DNA of 64,000 nt from an uncultured bacterium (GTDB taxonomy: Bacteria > Armatimonadota > UBA5829). The position numbers were made by a program, and so were the translations under genes. The stretch is from assembly GCA_964523735.1 (NCBI GenBank), contig CAZFYZ010000003.1:7170-71169 (forward strand). Direction: 5' to 3'. The notes under the pieces are model-generated. The model was not told the DNA's origin. It searched no databases and worked only from the letters and a program-made list of their open reading frames with translations. Of this stretch, positions 54,990 to 64,000 are shown one piece after another (the first letter of the stretch is position 1; the number at the start of each line of letters is the position of its first letter).

Positions 54990-57900
54990 CTACCCGGAAG
55001 CGGTAGTGCGCAGGATGAGGTCCTGGATCATCCACGAGTTAGCAATCTGGAGTTCTGTGAACCTGGACGGGGCCAAGCGCTCGAGATACCATTCAATGTC
55101 TCTCACGTTGTAGCCAAGGTTCAAGCCACCGACGCGCGCGAACTCCCCGAGAGCTGCTCTGTAAGCGGAGAAGTCCACTCCGATCAGGTTCAGCACGTGA
55201 CACATTAGCCAGGTCCACACTACCTGTTCGTTGTCACAGGTGAGGGCCGGACGCAAAGCCTCCAAGGATGCCTTGGCTGCATCGTACCGGCCAAGCCAGA
55301 TCTGGACTTCGGCTCGGGACAGACCCGCTCCCGTGTGCGCGGGGTCGCGGCTGATGGCCTCGCCGTAGTCGGTGACAGCTGCCTCCAGTTCTCCAAGGAG
55401 GGCGTGCGCATCCCCTAGTCCGGAGTAGAAGTTGCCGAGAGCCTCCTCGGTACCGCAACTGATCGCTCTCGTATAGGCGTCCGCGCCCAACTGGAGAGCT
55501 TCCCTCGACGCAGCCGACCTGCCCCAGCGCATAGCGGTCACAGCCAGACGAATGTAAGCGTCGGCGGCTCCCGAACAGCCCTCGAGGAAATCGCGGCCCC
55601 TGGCAACCGCCTCATCTGCCCGCTCCTGTTGGAACATCTGATCAATCTCTGCGAGCCTCAACCCGTCCAGGCAGCCGCGAGCCTCTGTCTGCAGATCCCC
55701 AACGTCCATATCACAAGCCATCTCCAAGAAGCATTCAGCGACAGCTATGGCCCCAGGCAGGTCATCCGCCTGGGCACAGTTGGCCACACGGGTGTGGAAG
55801 ACGGCAACCAGCCATTCCACCTGAGCTTCCATACCGCGGGCGTAGCCGATGCGAGATGAGATACGCAGTGCATCTCGCAGGTGAGACTCCGCCAGACTAA
55901 GCTCGCCCAGCCTGTGATAGAGGTTGCCGAGAACGCCGTTCCAATGGCTCTCGTGACGAGCGTCTCTGGTCTCTCTGGCGATAGCCACAGCTTCGTGGTA
56001 GTGCAGGATCGCGCGTTCACGGTGCTCGTGATGCCTTACGTCGGAGATGAGTGCGCTGTAAATATTGCCGAGACCGCCATTCCAGATGCCCTCATGGGTT
56101 CTCATTCCTGACTCCCGGCTGAAGGCGATTGCTTCCCTGTAGTACTCCTGCGCCTCCTCATACCTGCCCTGACCACACAGAGCGTTGGCCAGATCTCCCG
56201 CGTTCTCAGACTGAAGTGCCGGGTTCGGGTTAGCCGCCAGGAGTTCCTCGGCCCGACGGTGATACGCAAGAGCGCCGTCCAAGTCGCTCATGTAGAACGA
56301 TATGTCGCCCAGCGCGACCGTGAGCATTATCTCGCACTCGGGGTCCGCCGCCTTGGAAAGCAGAGGCAGCGCGTCCAAGTAGGCCTGCTTCGCTTCCGAC
56401 AACTCCGCCAGGTTGCGGCGGACCTTGCCCAAGAGGACGTGGAGGACTATCCTTTGCTTGGGTGACACGTTCCCGGCCAGGAACCGGCTACACATATCGG
56501 CTAGCAGCAGGAAATGCCCCCACCAGTAGAGGCTATCGTATATGCCGGAATCAATGAAAAGAGCTGTTGCCGACTCTGCCTCGTCGGCAGACAGAAGATG
56601 ATCCAGTGCCATCAGCTGCGGCTGAATGTCCTCGATCGAAGTTCTGTCGTGCGGTGCGGGAACCGGCAGGCTCAGGTAGAACTCCGCCGCTTGTTGGTGA
56701 AGCGAGTGCTTGCAGTGCGCGCTTCCATCCTGGGGGATCCGGCTGTAGGCATACTCGCAATCCAAGGGGTGCATAGCGAACAGACCGCGGTCGCAACTAG
56801 CGACGTGGTTCACCCGCAAACGGTTCAGTATCGCCTCCACCGGCAGCGACGGCAGAAGGAAACGCACGCCGCCCACAGACACCGGATGCCTGTAGACCGC
56901 CAAGACCTCCATTACGCGCCGATCCTCATCAGATGGCAGACTTGTGTAGAGACTGCGTCTAGGGTCCTCGAGGAACGCCGCGAACCGAGCGTCATCCGCC
57001 ACGTATGTGCTCAGTGTCCAGGCACGGCCCGACAGAAGAACGCCTATCAGTGTCTCTAGGGTGCGCGGCACGCACCCACAGCGGCGGACGACCTCCCCCA
57101 GAAGCTCATCCGGAGCAGCTTTGGCCCCTAGCGAGCCGTCCGGGTCCAGCTCTCGAAGAAGAGCCTTTGCCGCTTCGGCAGGCAACCCGGCATCCAATGA
57201 GACCTCCTCTCTCAGGCCGACCACACTCCCCTCGACCTCCGGTGAGAGCACCAAGTTGCGCCGGCTCGTTGCCAGAAGAAGAGCATCGTGCCTGAACTGC
57301 AGACACGCCTCGACGAACTGCCGCAGGGGAGCGAATTCCTCCACGACCCGGCCGTCCTCGTCCAGAATGCTCTCGAAGTTGTCCAGCACGATCAGCCGCC
57401 GCCCTCGCTTGAGTGCCTGATTGTACAGCATGTCCAGCCCGTCATCAACCGACCTCTTATTCGCCCACCTAGCCAGCAGTTTGTCAGATTCGTCCTCGGC
57501 GAGGGTGCGAGCGATAAGCTGGACAATTACATCGAGAGAGCGCGACTTTGTCTCGTTGAGCTGCACGAAGACGATGCTGTCAACACCCTCCCCCGGGTCC
57601 TGAACCGGTTGGCTTCCCCAGTCCTGCTCAATGTGCCGGATCAGCTTCGCTACCAGGGCGGTCTTCCCGGAGCCACCTCGCCCACAGACCAAGACCACGC
57701 GGAGCCCTCTGTCATCGAGATGCCCTTGAATCCTGTGTAGTTCCGCGACCCGGTCCTGGAAATGCCGTGTCTTGGCCTCCGGCACTGGCCCCACAACTCG
57801 CTCCCGGACATCCCGACTCCGGGCTCCTGCTCTGTTCTCGGCCACCACGCTCAGTGAGGCAAGAACCTCGGCAGCGAGGTTGTCCGGACTGCTGAAGAAT

Positions 57901-58292
57901 CCGACCCACTTGGTCTGCTGGAGTTCCTCTCTCAAGGCCCTGATCCGTTCGCCATCAGCTTCACTGTCACGAAACTTCTCGGGCCACTCGAGGCTCTCGT
58001 CGAGAAGAAACACCAGTGTCGGGATGCCGCACTCAACGGCCCTCCGGTACTCCAGTTCAGTAATGGAGCGGTCGCGGTCCGGAGGGGGTCTGAAGCCGTA
58101 CCGCCAGGCGAATAGCCCAACGTAGACATCGCACGATGCTACATCACGCAGGCACTCGTTGAGTGGCTGCTCATCAGTCGCGGCCTTGTGCTCCATGCAC
58201 ACGATTGTGTGCGGAGTCTTGGAGAGTGCGGATATGACGGCCGCCCGGTGGCGCTCAAGGTCAGACGATGTGGACGAGATGTATATGCGCAC
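54990..58292 (-). CDS. STAND-class NTPase: N-terminal DUF4062 + NB-ARC/AAA P-loop + C-terminal TPR array
   Basis: The start is GTG 58292 with a GGAGGG RBS. The N-terminus MRIYISSTSSDLERHR...CDVYVGLFAWRYGF is the DUF4062 signature. The Walker A is GRGGSGKTALV. TPR repeats fill the C-terminal half. Confidence 0.85.
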   Translation of the reverse strand: MRIYISSTSSDLERHRAAVISALSKTPHTIVCMEHKAATDEQPLNECLRDVASCDVYVGLFAWRYGFRPPPDRDRSITELEYRRAVECGIPTLVFLLDESLEWPEKFRDSEADGERIRALREELQQTKWVGFFSSPDNLAAEVLASLSVVAENRAGARSRDVRERVVGPVPEAKTRHFQDRVAELHRIQGHLDDRGLRVVLVCGRGGSGKTALVAKLIRHIEQDWGSQPVQDPGEGVDSIVFVQLNETKSRSLDVIVQLIARTLAEDESDKLLARWANKRSVDDGLDMLYNQALKRGRRLIVLDNFESILDEDGRVVEEFAPLRQFVEACLQFRHDALLLATSRRNLVLSPEVEGSVVGLREEVSLDAGLPAEAAKALLRELDPDGSLGAKAAPDELLGEVVRRCGCVPRTLETLIGVLLSGRAWTLSTYVADDARFAAFLEDPRRSLYTSLPSDEDRRVMEVLAVYRHPVSVGGVRFLLPSLPVEAILNRLRVNHVASCDRGLFAMHPLDCEYAYSRIPQDGSAHCKHSLHQQAAEFYLSLPVPAPHDRTSIEDIQPQLMALDHLLSADEAESATALFIDSGIYDSLYWWGHFLLLADMCSRFLAGNVSPKQRIVLHVLLGKVRRNLAELSEAKQAYLDALPLLSKAADPECEIMLTVALGDISFYMSDLDGALAYHRRAEELLAANPNPALQSENAGDLANALCGQGRYEEAQEYYREAIAFSRESGMRTHEGIWNGGLGNIYSALISDVRHHEHRERAILHYHEAVAIARETRDARHESHWNGVLGNLYHRLGELSLAESHLRDALRISSRIGYARGMEAQVEWLVAVFHTRVANCAQADDLPGAIAVAECFLEMACDMDVGDLQTEARGCLDGLRLAEIDQMFQQERADEAVARGRDFLEGCSGAADAYIRLAVTAMRWGRSAASREALQLGADAYTRAISCGTEEALGNFYSGLGDAHALLGELEAAVTDYGEAISRDPAHTGAGLSRAEVQIWLGRYDAAKASLEALRPALTCDNEQVVWTWLMCHVLNLIGVDFSAYRAALGEFARVGGLNLGYNVRDIEWYLERLAPSRFTELQIANSWMIQDLILRTTASG

Positions 58293-58331
58293 AGTGAATC
58301 CCTCCGAAGAAACGCGCCTTGGTATCTCGGT

Positions 58332-59384
58332 CTATAGCCCCTTGACGATCCCCTCTATCTCATCGACGGCCCTTGCCCTCGACGACTCAGGAGTCCAACC
58401 GAGATCGGCCAGCTTCTCCGCAAACTCGTCGTCGAACTCCTTAATCTGCCGGGTCACCGTCGGCGCATGACGGGTGAATATCGTCTGCAGATACCCAGTG
58501 CCCAGCCGCGCGACCGCCGACTGTGCCGCAAACCAGTCCCCCACTATGGTCAGGCTCTCCGACTGATCCACTTCATTGATCACGACCTGCACGTCCTCGA
58601 ACGATTGGTCGGTCAGGAATCGCAGCAGCGATTGCAGGCGACACTTGCGCGCGTACTGGCCGTATCGCTCGAATGGGATGTAAGGATTGATCATGAGACG
58701 GCAGCCCGCGGCTGCGGCGTGCTCCCCCAAAGCCAGGCGCTCTTCCCGTTGCAGCTTGTGAAGGCGTTCGCCGCGGTCTGCGCCGCCATCGCGGTCCCGC
58801 CACACTCGGTGCCTTGGCGTCTCCGTCGGCAGGTGAAACGAGCTAAGCGCCCCTCTCTGACGGACGCAGGCATACTTGCCCATTCCTGTGAGTTTGCGCG
58901 CGTAATCCGCCATTAGCTCGGTGCGGTCCTCGTGCAGAAGCGCGCACCGATAGGGGGTATGCGCTGGGTTGGCGTACTCCGTCACGCGGTGGCGAAACTG
59001 GTCATGCTTCAGCTTGTCCGAGAGATCCGCGCCGTCGTCCTGGACCGTCACCGCCTGCAGTTGCTGTACCATTCCCTCGGGCAGACATGGGTCGCTGTCG
59101 CCCCAGACTAGAGGAAGCACCGGCACGCCCATGGCCAGTGCATAGCCTATCTCCTGGTGAACCCAGCGGCGCTCGTTTGAGAGGACCGTTATAACCGGCA
59201 GAAAGACGTGAGCGTGCTCGATGAGGATCTTGATCTCATCGGTGAAGCCCTTGCCCCATGGCAAGTGCTTGTCGGACATAGGCTCGAGCCCGTTTGCCTC
59301 GAGGGCCGACTCGATCTGGGCGATCTTGCTGTCTTGCGCCTCGTCGTCGTGCGAGTAGCTGATGAAGACTCGGTACCGGGTCAT
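58332..59384 (-). CDS. TIR-domain protein with uncharacterised C-terminal domain
   Basis: I propose the start at MTRYRVFISYSHDDE (ATG 59384), which has a GGAGG RBS. FISYSHDD is the canonical TIR beta-A motif. The TIR domain spans about 150 aa and is followed by an unknown domain of about 190 aa. The gene sits 14 nt after the RyR gene stop and 40 nt before the STAND gene start. Confidence 0.8.
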   Translation of the reverse strand: MTRYRVFISYSHDDEAQDSKIAQIESALEANGLEPMSDKHLPWGKGFTDEIKILIEHAHVFLPVITVLSNERRWVHQEIGYALAMGVPVLPLVWGDSDPCLPEGMVQQLQAVTVQDDGADLSDKLKHDQFRHRVTEYANPAHTPYRCALLHEDRTELMADYARKLTGMGKYACVRQRGALSSFHLPTETPRHRVWRDRDGGADRGERLHKLQREERLALGEHAAAAGCRLMINPYIPFERYGQYARKCRLQSLLRFLTDQSFEDVQVVINEVDQSESLTIVGDWFAAQSAVARLGTGYLQTIFTRHAPTVTRQIKEFDDEFAEKLADLGWTPESSRARAVDEIEGIVKGL

Positions 59385-59398
59385 AACAACCTCCTGAC

Positions 59399-59683
59399 TC
59401 AGGTCTTCTCGATCCTGTATCCGAGCGCCACGATCGCCTTCAGCGTCTCCATCGCCGTCTTTCGGTCGTACTCCTTCTCTGACTCGGGCAGGCCGGCGTA
59501 TGGTATCAGGTCGGGGTGCTTCTTTGCGGCGTCGTCTCGCGATGGGCCGTAGGTCCATCCCTCAGCAATACGCTGGGCGGCCCAGACATCGTGGGTGTTC
59601 TCGGCAAGACGCTCGGTCAGCGCAACCAGGTGCTCGGGCAGATCGACGCCGGATGTGTCTATAGGTCTCGGTTCGTACGTCAA
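59399..59683 (-). CDS. small standalone RyR-domain protein (94 aa), TTG start
   Basis: LAENTHDVWAAQRIAEGWTYGPSRDDAAKKHPDLIPYAGLPESEKEYDRKTAMETL fits the RyR domain. A GAGGGGG RBS precedes the start. It is the first gene of the RyR-TIR-STAND operon. Confidence 0.7.
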   Translation of the reverse strand: MTYEPRPIDTSGVDLPEHLVALTERLAENTHDVWAAQRIAEGWTYGPSRDDAAKKHPDLIPYAGLPESEKEYDRKTAMETLKAIVALGYRIEKT

Positions 59684-60182
59684 AGCTGGTCCCCCTCGGG
59701 GCAGGTCTCGGCGGAAGTCCCTGGAGGGACCACCGAATCAGGCGTTCAACACGCGGCAGACGATCACCTCTGTGGCGCGAGCGGCTGCAGCGAGGAACGG
59801 CCACGCCTGTCTTCTATTCCAGGCTCATCCCAAACCGGTTCAACATCTCCTCCAGAATGCCCGTCACTTCCTCAGGCGTTCCGCCCATTCCCTGCAGACA
59901 CCCGCCGTAGTTGCCTCTCACGTCTCGAGTGCTCTCAACCAGTGCCTCGGTGAGACTCCTAAGCTCTACTGGCAGGATCGACCTGCGAAGCATCTATCAT
60001 GCCACGCTCACGGATCATTCAGACCCTGCCAATAATCTCAGCCTTATATGCCGAGGGAGCGCTTTCCTCCGCTATTGACGGCCGTGGTATCGTCATCCGG
60101 ACACCTGCAGGATATTGCCTGCCCACCGTTCAACTGATAATCAGGCAGGCTTCACGCTGCTCCATAGCGCTCAGGGGGAGAC

Positions 60183-60589
60183 ATGAACCCGATTCCGACG
60201 GTCAGGGTGGTCGTTCTGGATTCAGCTGGTCGGGTACTGCTTCTACGACGTGCGGGCACGTCGCACGCCCTTGGACGCTGGTGCCTGCCTGGCGGGAAGG
60301 TCGACTATGGCGACACTGCAGCGCAGACCGTTGCCAAAGAGCTTGCCGAAGAAGCTTCGCTCGTCTGCACTTCCACCGACTTCCTCTTCTACCAAGACGC
60401 CTGCCCACCGAGCCGGGGGGAATGCACTGCATCAATCTCTACTTCAGATGCGTGTGCAGCGGAGAGGTCGTGCTGAATCAGGAATCGAGCGAATACGCCT
60501 GGGTGCCATCTAACGAGATGGGTACCTACGACTTGGCTTTCCGGAATGACGAAGGCCTACGCAGGTTCTGGAGCATGGCAGATGACTGA
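60183..60589 (+). pseudogene. NUDIX hydrolase interrupted by a -1 frameshift in a G6 homopolymer (60415-60420)
   Basis: The N-terminal half is in frame 0 (NUDIX box GGKVDYGDTAAQTVAKELAEEASL). The C-terminal half (GGMHCINLYFRCVCSGEVVLNQESSEYAWV…) is in the -1 frame and continues to TGA 60587-60589. A 7th G would restore one ORF. The stop overlaps the next NUDIX start (ATGACTGA). Confidence 0.6.
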
Positions 60590-61001
60590 CAAGCCGTTCA
60601 CGCTCTCTGTCAAGGTCGTGATCCTCGACCGAAAGGGGAGATGCTTGCTCATCAGGCGCTCTATGGCGTCTGAGGGCAATCCGGGCAAGTGGGACTTCCC
60701 GGGAGGAAAGCTCGATCCAGGGGAGACGTTTGACGGGGGTCTTCTGAGGGAGGTCGCAGAAGAGACTGGACTTACGATCAGACTCGAGCGGGTGTTGGGC
60801 GCAGCTGAGTCGGAGGCACGCACAAAACGTGTAGTGTATCTCCTAATGGAGGCGAGTCACGTCTCCGGGCGGGTCAGACTAAGTGAAGAGCACGATGACT
60901 TCTGCTGGACGAAAGCCGGCGAACTGCCGTCGGCGGATATGGCAGAGCAGTTCAGGGACTTTGCCCAGAGCTACGCTCAATCAGGCCAGCAATCAACATA
61001 G
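60582..61001 (+). CDS. NUDIX hydrolase
   Basis: The start is MTDKPFTLSVKVVIL. The NUDIX box is intact (GGKLDPGETFDGGLLREVAEETGL). Confidence 0.8.
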   Translation: MTDKPFTLSVKVVILDRKGRCLLIRRSMASEGNPGKWDFPGGKLDPGETFDGGLLREVAEETGLTIRLERVLGAAESEARTKRVVYLLMEASHVSGRVRLSEEHDDFCWTKAGELPSADMAEQFRDFAQSYAQSGQQST

Positions 61002-61137
61002 TACAAGCAGCGACGGAGGCGATCGAAATGCCATCGATGTTGACTCCTACCGACATAGAGTGGACCGAGCAGAGCTGCTGTTAACTGTGTGCCAGCTCCT
61101 CCGCTACGAGCGGACGAATACTGGATGAGGAGGATTC

Positions 61138-64000
61138 CATGCCAGTACACTCTCAGCCTCGGCCCCGTTCGGTCAGGGTGTTTGTCTCTTCGACTTTCCG
61201 AGACATGGTTGAGGAACGCAACGAACTGATGACCCAGGTTTGGCCGCAGTTGCGACGGTTCTGCAGGGAGCGACAGGTGGAATTGGTCGAGGTGGATCTT
61301 CGCTGGGGCATATCAGAGGAGCAGAGCACGCGGCGCGAGACCCTCAAGCTGTGTCTTGACGAAATCCGCGCCTGCCGTCCGTTCTTCATTGGCCTGTTGG
61401 GCGAGCGTTACGGTTGGACACCGGAGGACGAGGCGTTCACTGCTGATCTTGAGGAAGAACAACCTTGGCTCACGGATCTTCATGGAAAGAGCGTCACCGA
61501 ACTGGAGATAATTCACGGCGTCCTGAACGACCCCGAAATGGCAGGGCGTTCATTCCTCTACTTCCGTGATCCGGTCTATGCTCAGGAGCGCGGCGCTGGC
61601 TTTCTCTCCGAAAGTCCGTCGGCTATGAAACAACAGGCTTCGCTTAAGGCGGCTATTCGAGCAGTCTGCGCGGACAAGGCAATTCCACTTCGTGAGAACT
61701 ATCCCGATCCGCGAAAGCTGGCGAAGATGGTTCTGCAGGATCTCGGAGCTGCTATCGACGCTCAGTATCCCATCGATGACATTCCCGACCCGCTGACCAA
61801 GGAGGCGAACGACCACGAAGCCTTCGCGGAGACGCGCCGCCGTACCTATATCGGACGTCCGGATTACTTTGAGGCACTGGACTGCCACGCGTCAGGCGAT
61901 GGGCCGCCGTTAGTCCTGTTGGGCGAATCCGGTTGCGGCAAGTCGGCTCTGCTCGCCAACTGGGTGGAGCACTGGCGCAAAGACAATCCGAAAGACTTTA
62001 TCGTTCAGCATTACATAGGTGGCACGCCGGACAGTGCGGACCACTGGCGGCTCATGACACGTCTGATCGCCGAGATCAAACGCTGGACCGACGACCCGGA
62101 AGACACGCCAACCTCCCACGATGGCATACTGAGAGACTTCCCAGTCTGGCTGGCCAAGGCGAGGATCAGGGCCGAACGCAACGGCGTCCGCTGCATAGTT
62201 GTGTTGGACGCGCTGAACCAATTGGAGGATGCAGATCATGCCCGTCTTCTTGGCTGGCTGCCCGAGCATCCTTTTGGAGGCAACTTGCGATTGGTCGTCT
62301 CGACTTCGCTTGGCGATGCGCTGGACGCGGTGGGGAAATGCGAATGGCCCTCCCTGCGGGTACAGCCTCTTTCACCTGATGAACGCAGGGAGATGATCGC
62401 CACCTACCTCGCCCGCTTCAGTAAGAAGCTCGACGCGGCGAGGCTGAACCACTTGGCATCGAGTCCTGCTGCCGCCAATCCGCTCTACCTGAAGATTCTG
62501 CTTGATGAACTGCGAGTCACAGGCACATACGACCGGCTGGACGAGCGCCTGAACGAGTATCTCACCGCGCCCGACATCCCGGCGCTCCTGCGCCTCGTGC
62601 TGGCCCGTTACCAGCGCGACTATGAACGCGACCGGCCAGGACTGGTGTCCGAGGCTTTAGGACTGACCTGGGGAGCCCGCCGCGGCTTGAGCGAAAGTGA
62701 ACTCATGGAGTTACTGCGCCCCGCGGGCCTGCCCCGACTGCCGCAGGCATTATGGTCGCCGCTCCGCGCGGCATTGGAGGAAGGTTTGGTTGACCGTGGC
62801 GGCATCCTCAACTTTGCCCACGACTTCTTGCGCTCTGCGGTCGAGACAGCGTTCGTGCAGCGTGAAGCAGAGCCAGACGACCTGCGCCTGCGCTTGGCAG
62901 GTTATTTCGAGGCGGTGCCGGTCTCGGCGAGGAGCTGCGACGAACTGCCGTGGCTGTTGTGGGAGGCGAAATCTCTTGTTCGACTGCGAGCCTGCCTGCT
63001 GGATATCGACAGGTTCATTGAGATTCATGGGCGTGACTCGGATGAGTTGAGGCGCTATTGGGTGGGGTTGAGTGAGGAAAGGGCCATGGGGGATGCTTAT
63101 CTCTCCTCATTTGAGCTATGGTCTGCTCAACACGACACTGAACACGCACTCGTCAGCCGCACCGCCAATTCGCTCGGTTTCTTCTTGCAGAAAGCGTCAC
63201 TTCTGAAGCAGGCGGAGGTTCTGATGCGCAAAGCGCTGGCGATTGATGATCAGCGTCTTGATTCAGACAGCTATGAGGTTGCCGCACGTCTAAACAATCT
63301 TGGAGCGTTAGCGCGTGACACCGGCAGACCAGCGGAAGCCGAGCCGCTCATGCGTCGGGCGCTTGCCATTGCAGAAAGCACGCTGGGATATGACCACCCC
63401 GATGTGGCTATCTGCCTTGACAGCCTCGGCCTATTACTCAGAGATACTAATCGGTGTGCTGAGGCTGAACCCCTTATGCGTCGGGCATTGACGCTTGCGC
63501 AGCAGTCCTTCGGACCCGATCATCCCAAGACCGCTGTCTTCTTTAATGATCTTGCGCTCATACTCAAGACCATGAATCGCCTGACCGAAGCGGAACCTCT
63601 CTATCGCCGGGCTCTGGCCATTGCTGAACGGGCATTCGGCCCGGACCATCCCGCTGTTGCGAACAAATTGGACAACTTGGCGTTGCTGATGATGGACATC
63701 AACCGCGTGAGTGAGGCCGAGTCATTGATGCGCCGAGCCTTAGACATATACGAGCGCAGTTGCGGTTCCAGTCACCCCGACGTAGCAGTCTGCCTCAACA
63801 ATCTCGCCGCACTATTCTTCTGTACCAATCGGCTGCAGGAAGCCGAGCCGCCTCTGCGTCGAGCAGTGCAGATTGCCGAGGAGAACTATGGGGAAGATCA
63901 TCCAAATGTCGCTGTCTCCCTAGACAATCTCGCTTCACTATTACAGATCAGCAACCGTTTGGAAGACGCTGAGCCACTCAGAACGCGCGCTGTGAGTATT
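61138..64000 (+). CDS. STAND-class NTPase: N-terminal DUF4062 + NACHT-like P-loop + TPR_10/12 (NPHP3-like) repeats, 3'-truncated by window end
   Basis: This ORF is not in the ORF track because no stop occurs before the window end. I translated it manually from ATG 61138, which has a GAGGAGG RBS. The DUF4062 N-terminus reads VRVFVSSTFRDMVEERNELMTQVWPQLRRFC...VDLRWGI. The Walker A motif is GESGCGKSALLANW. The C-terminus is a long run of 42-aa TPR repeats (…AEPLMRRALAI…GPDHP…). Confidence 0.85.

Noticed and set aside
59999-60589. 196-aa ORF as a standalone gene
   Set aside because: Only its last ~60 aa are protein-like, and that part is the C-terminal half of the NUDIX fold. The N-terminal part is an out-of-frame read of the intergenic region and NUDIX N-terminus. 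It is interpreted as the frameshifted second half of one NUDIX gene.

Overview
This is a high-GC (about 60-65%) bacterial chromosomal window. Features such as a PEP-CTERM/HAF-repeat protein, a prepilin-like protein, many secreted hydrolases and dispersed flagellar genes suggest an environmental Planctomycetota/Verrucomicrobiota/Armatimonadota-like lineage, but the phylum cannot be fixed from sequence alone. Contents from left to right:

- **1-8 kb:** a Wzx/Wzy-type polysaccharide locus, preceded by a 47-bp tandem repeat array.
- **8-27 kb:** housekeeping and secreted proteins. These include a TPR protein, an aldo/keto reductase with Fe-S domain, two tandem paralog pairs, a PEP-CTERM protein, NikR, a pilin-like protein, a methyltransferase and a GH116-like hydrolase.
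- **27-31 kb:** a strongly promoted candidate sRNA/leader, an HNH endonuclease, CarD/CdnL, a 50-bp tandem repeat array, and queD-queE fused to an HgdB-like gene.
- **31-45 kb:** secreted M7-like metalloprotease, C25 peptidase, purple acid phosphatase and an esterase, the GDP-heptose precursor operon (hddA-gmhA-gmhB) and serC.
- **45-50 kb:** an orphan fliG, a large membrane protein and tRNA-Leu(GAG).
- **50-64 kb (most interesting):** downstream of the tRNA lies an island with atypical codon usage. It contains a tight minus-strand operon of a small RyR-domain protein, a TIR-domain protein and a DUF4062-STAND-TPR NTPase. Divergent from it is a translationally coupled NUDIX pair, one copy frameshifted at a G6 run. 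The island is flanked by a TrkA-N/2xRyR protein and a second DUF4062-NACHT-TPR protein. I interpret this as a candidate, apparently undescribed, nucleotide-signalling conflict/defence system.

A family of 52-bp MITE/REP-like palindromic elements (TTGTAG-hairpin-hairpin-CTACAG) and its tandemly amplified derivatives recurs through the window. No CRISPR array, rRNA or IS transposase was seen.
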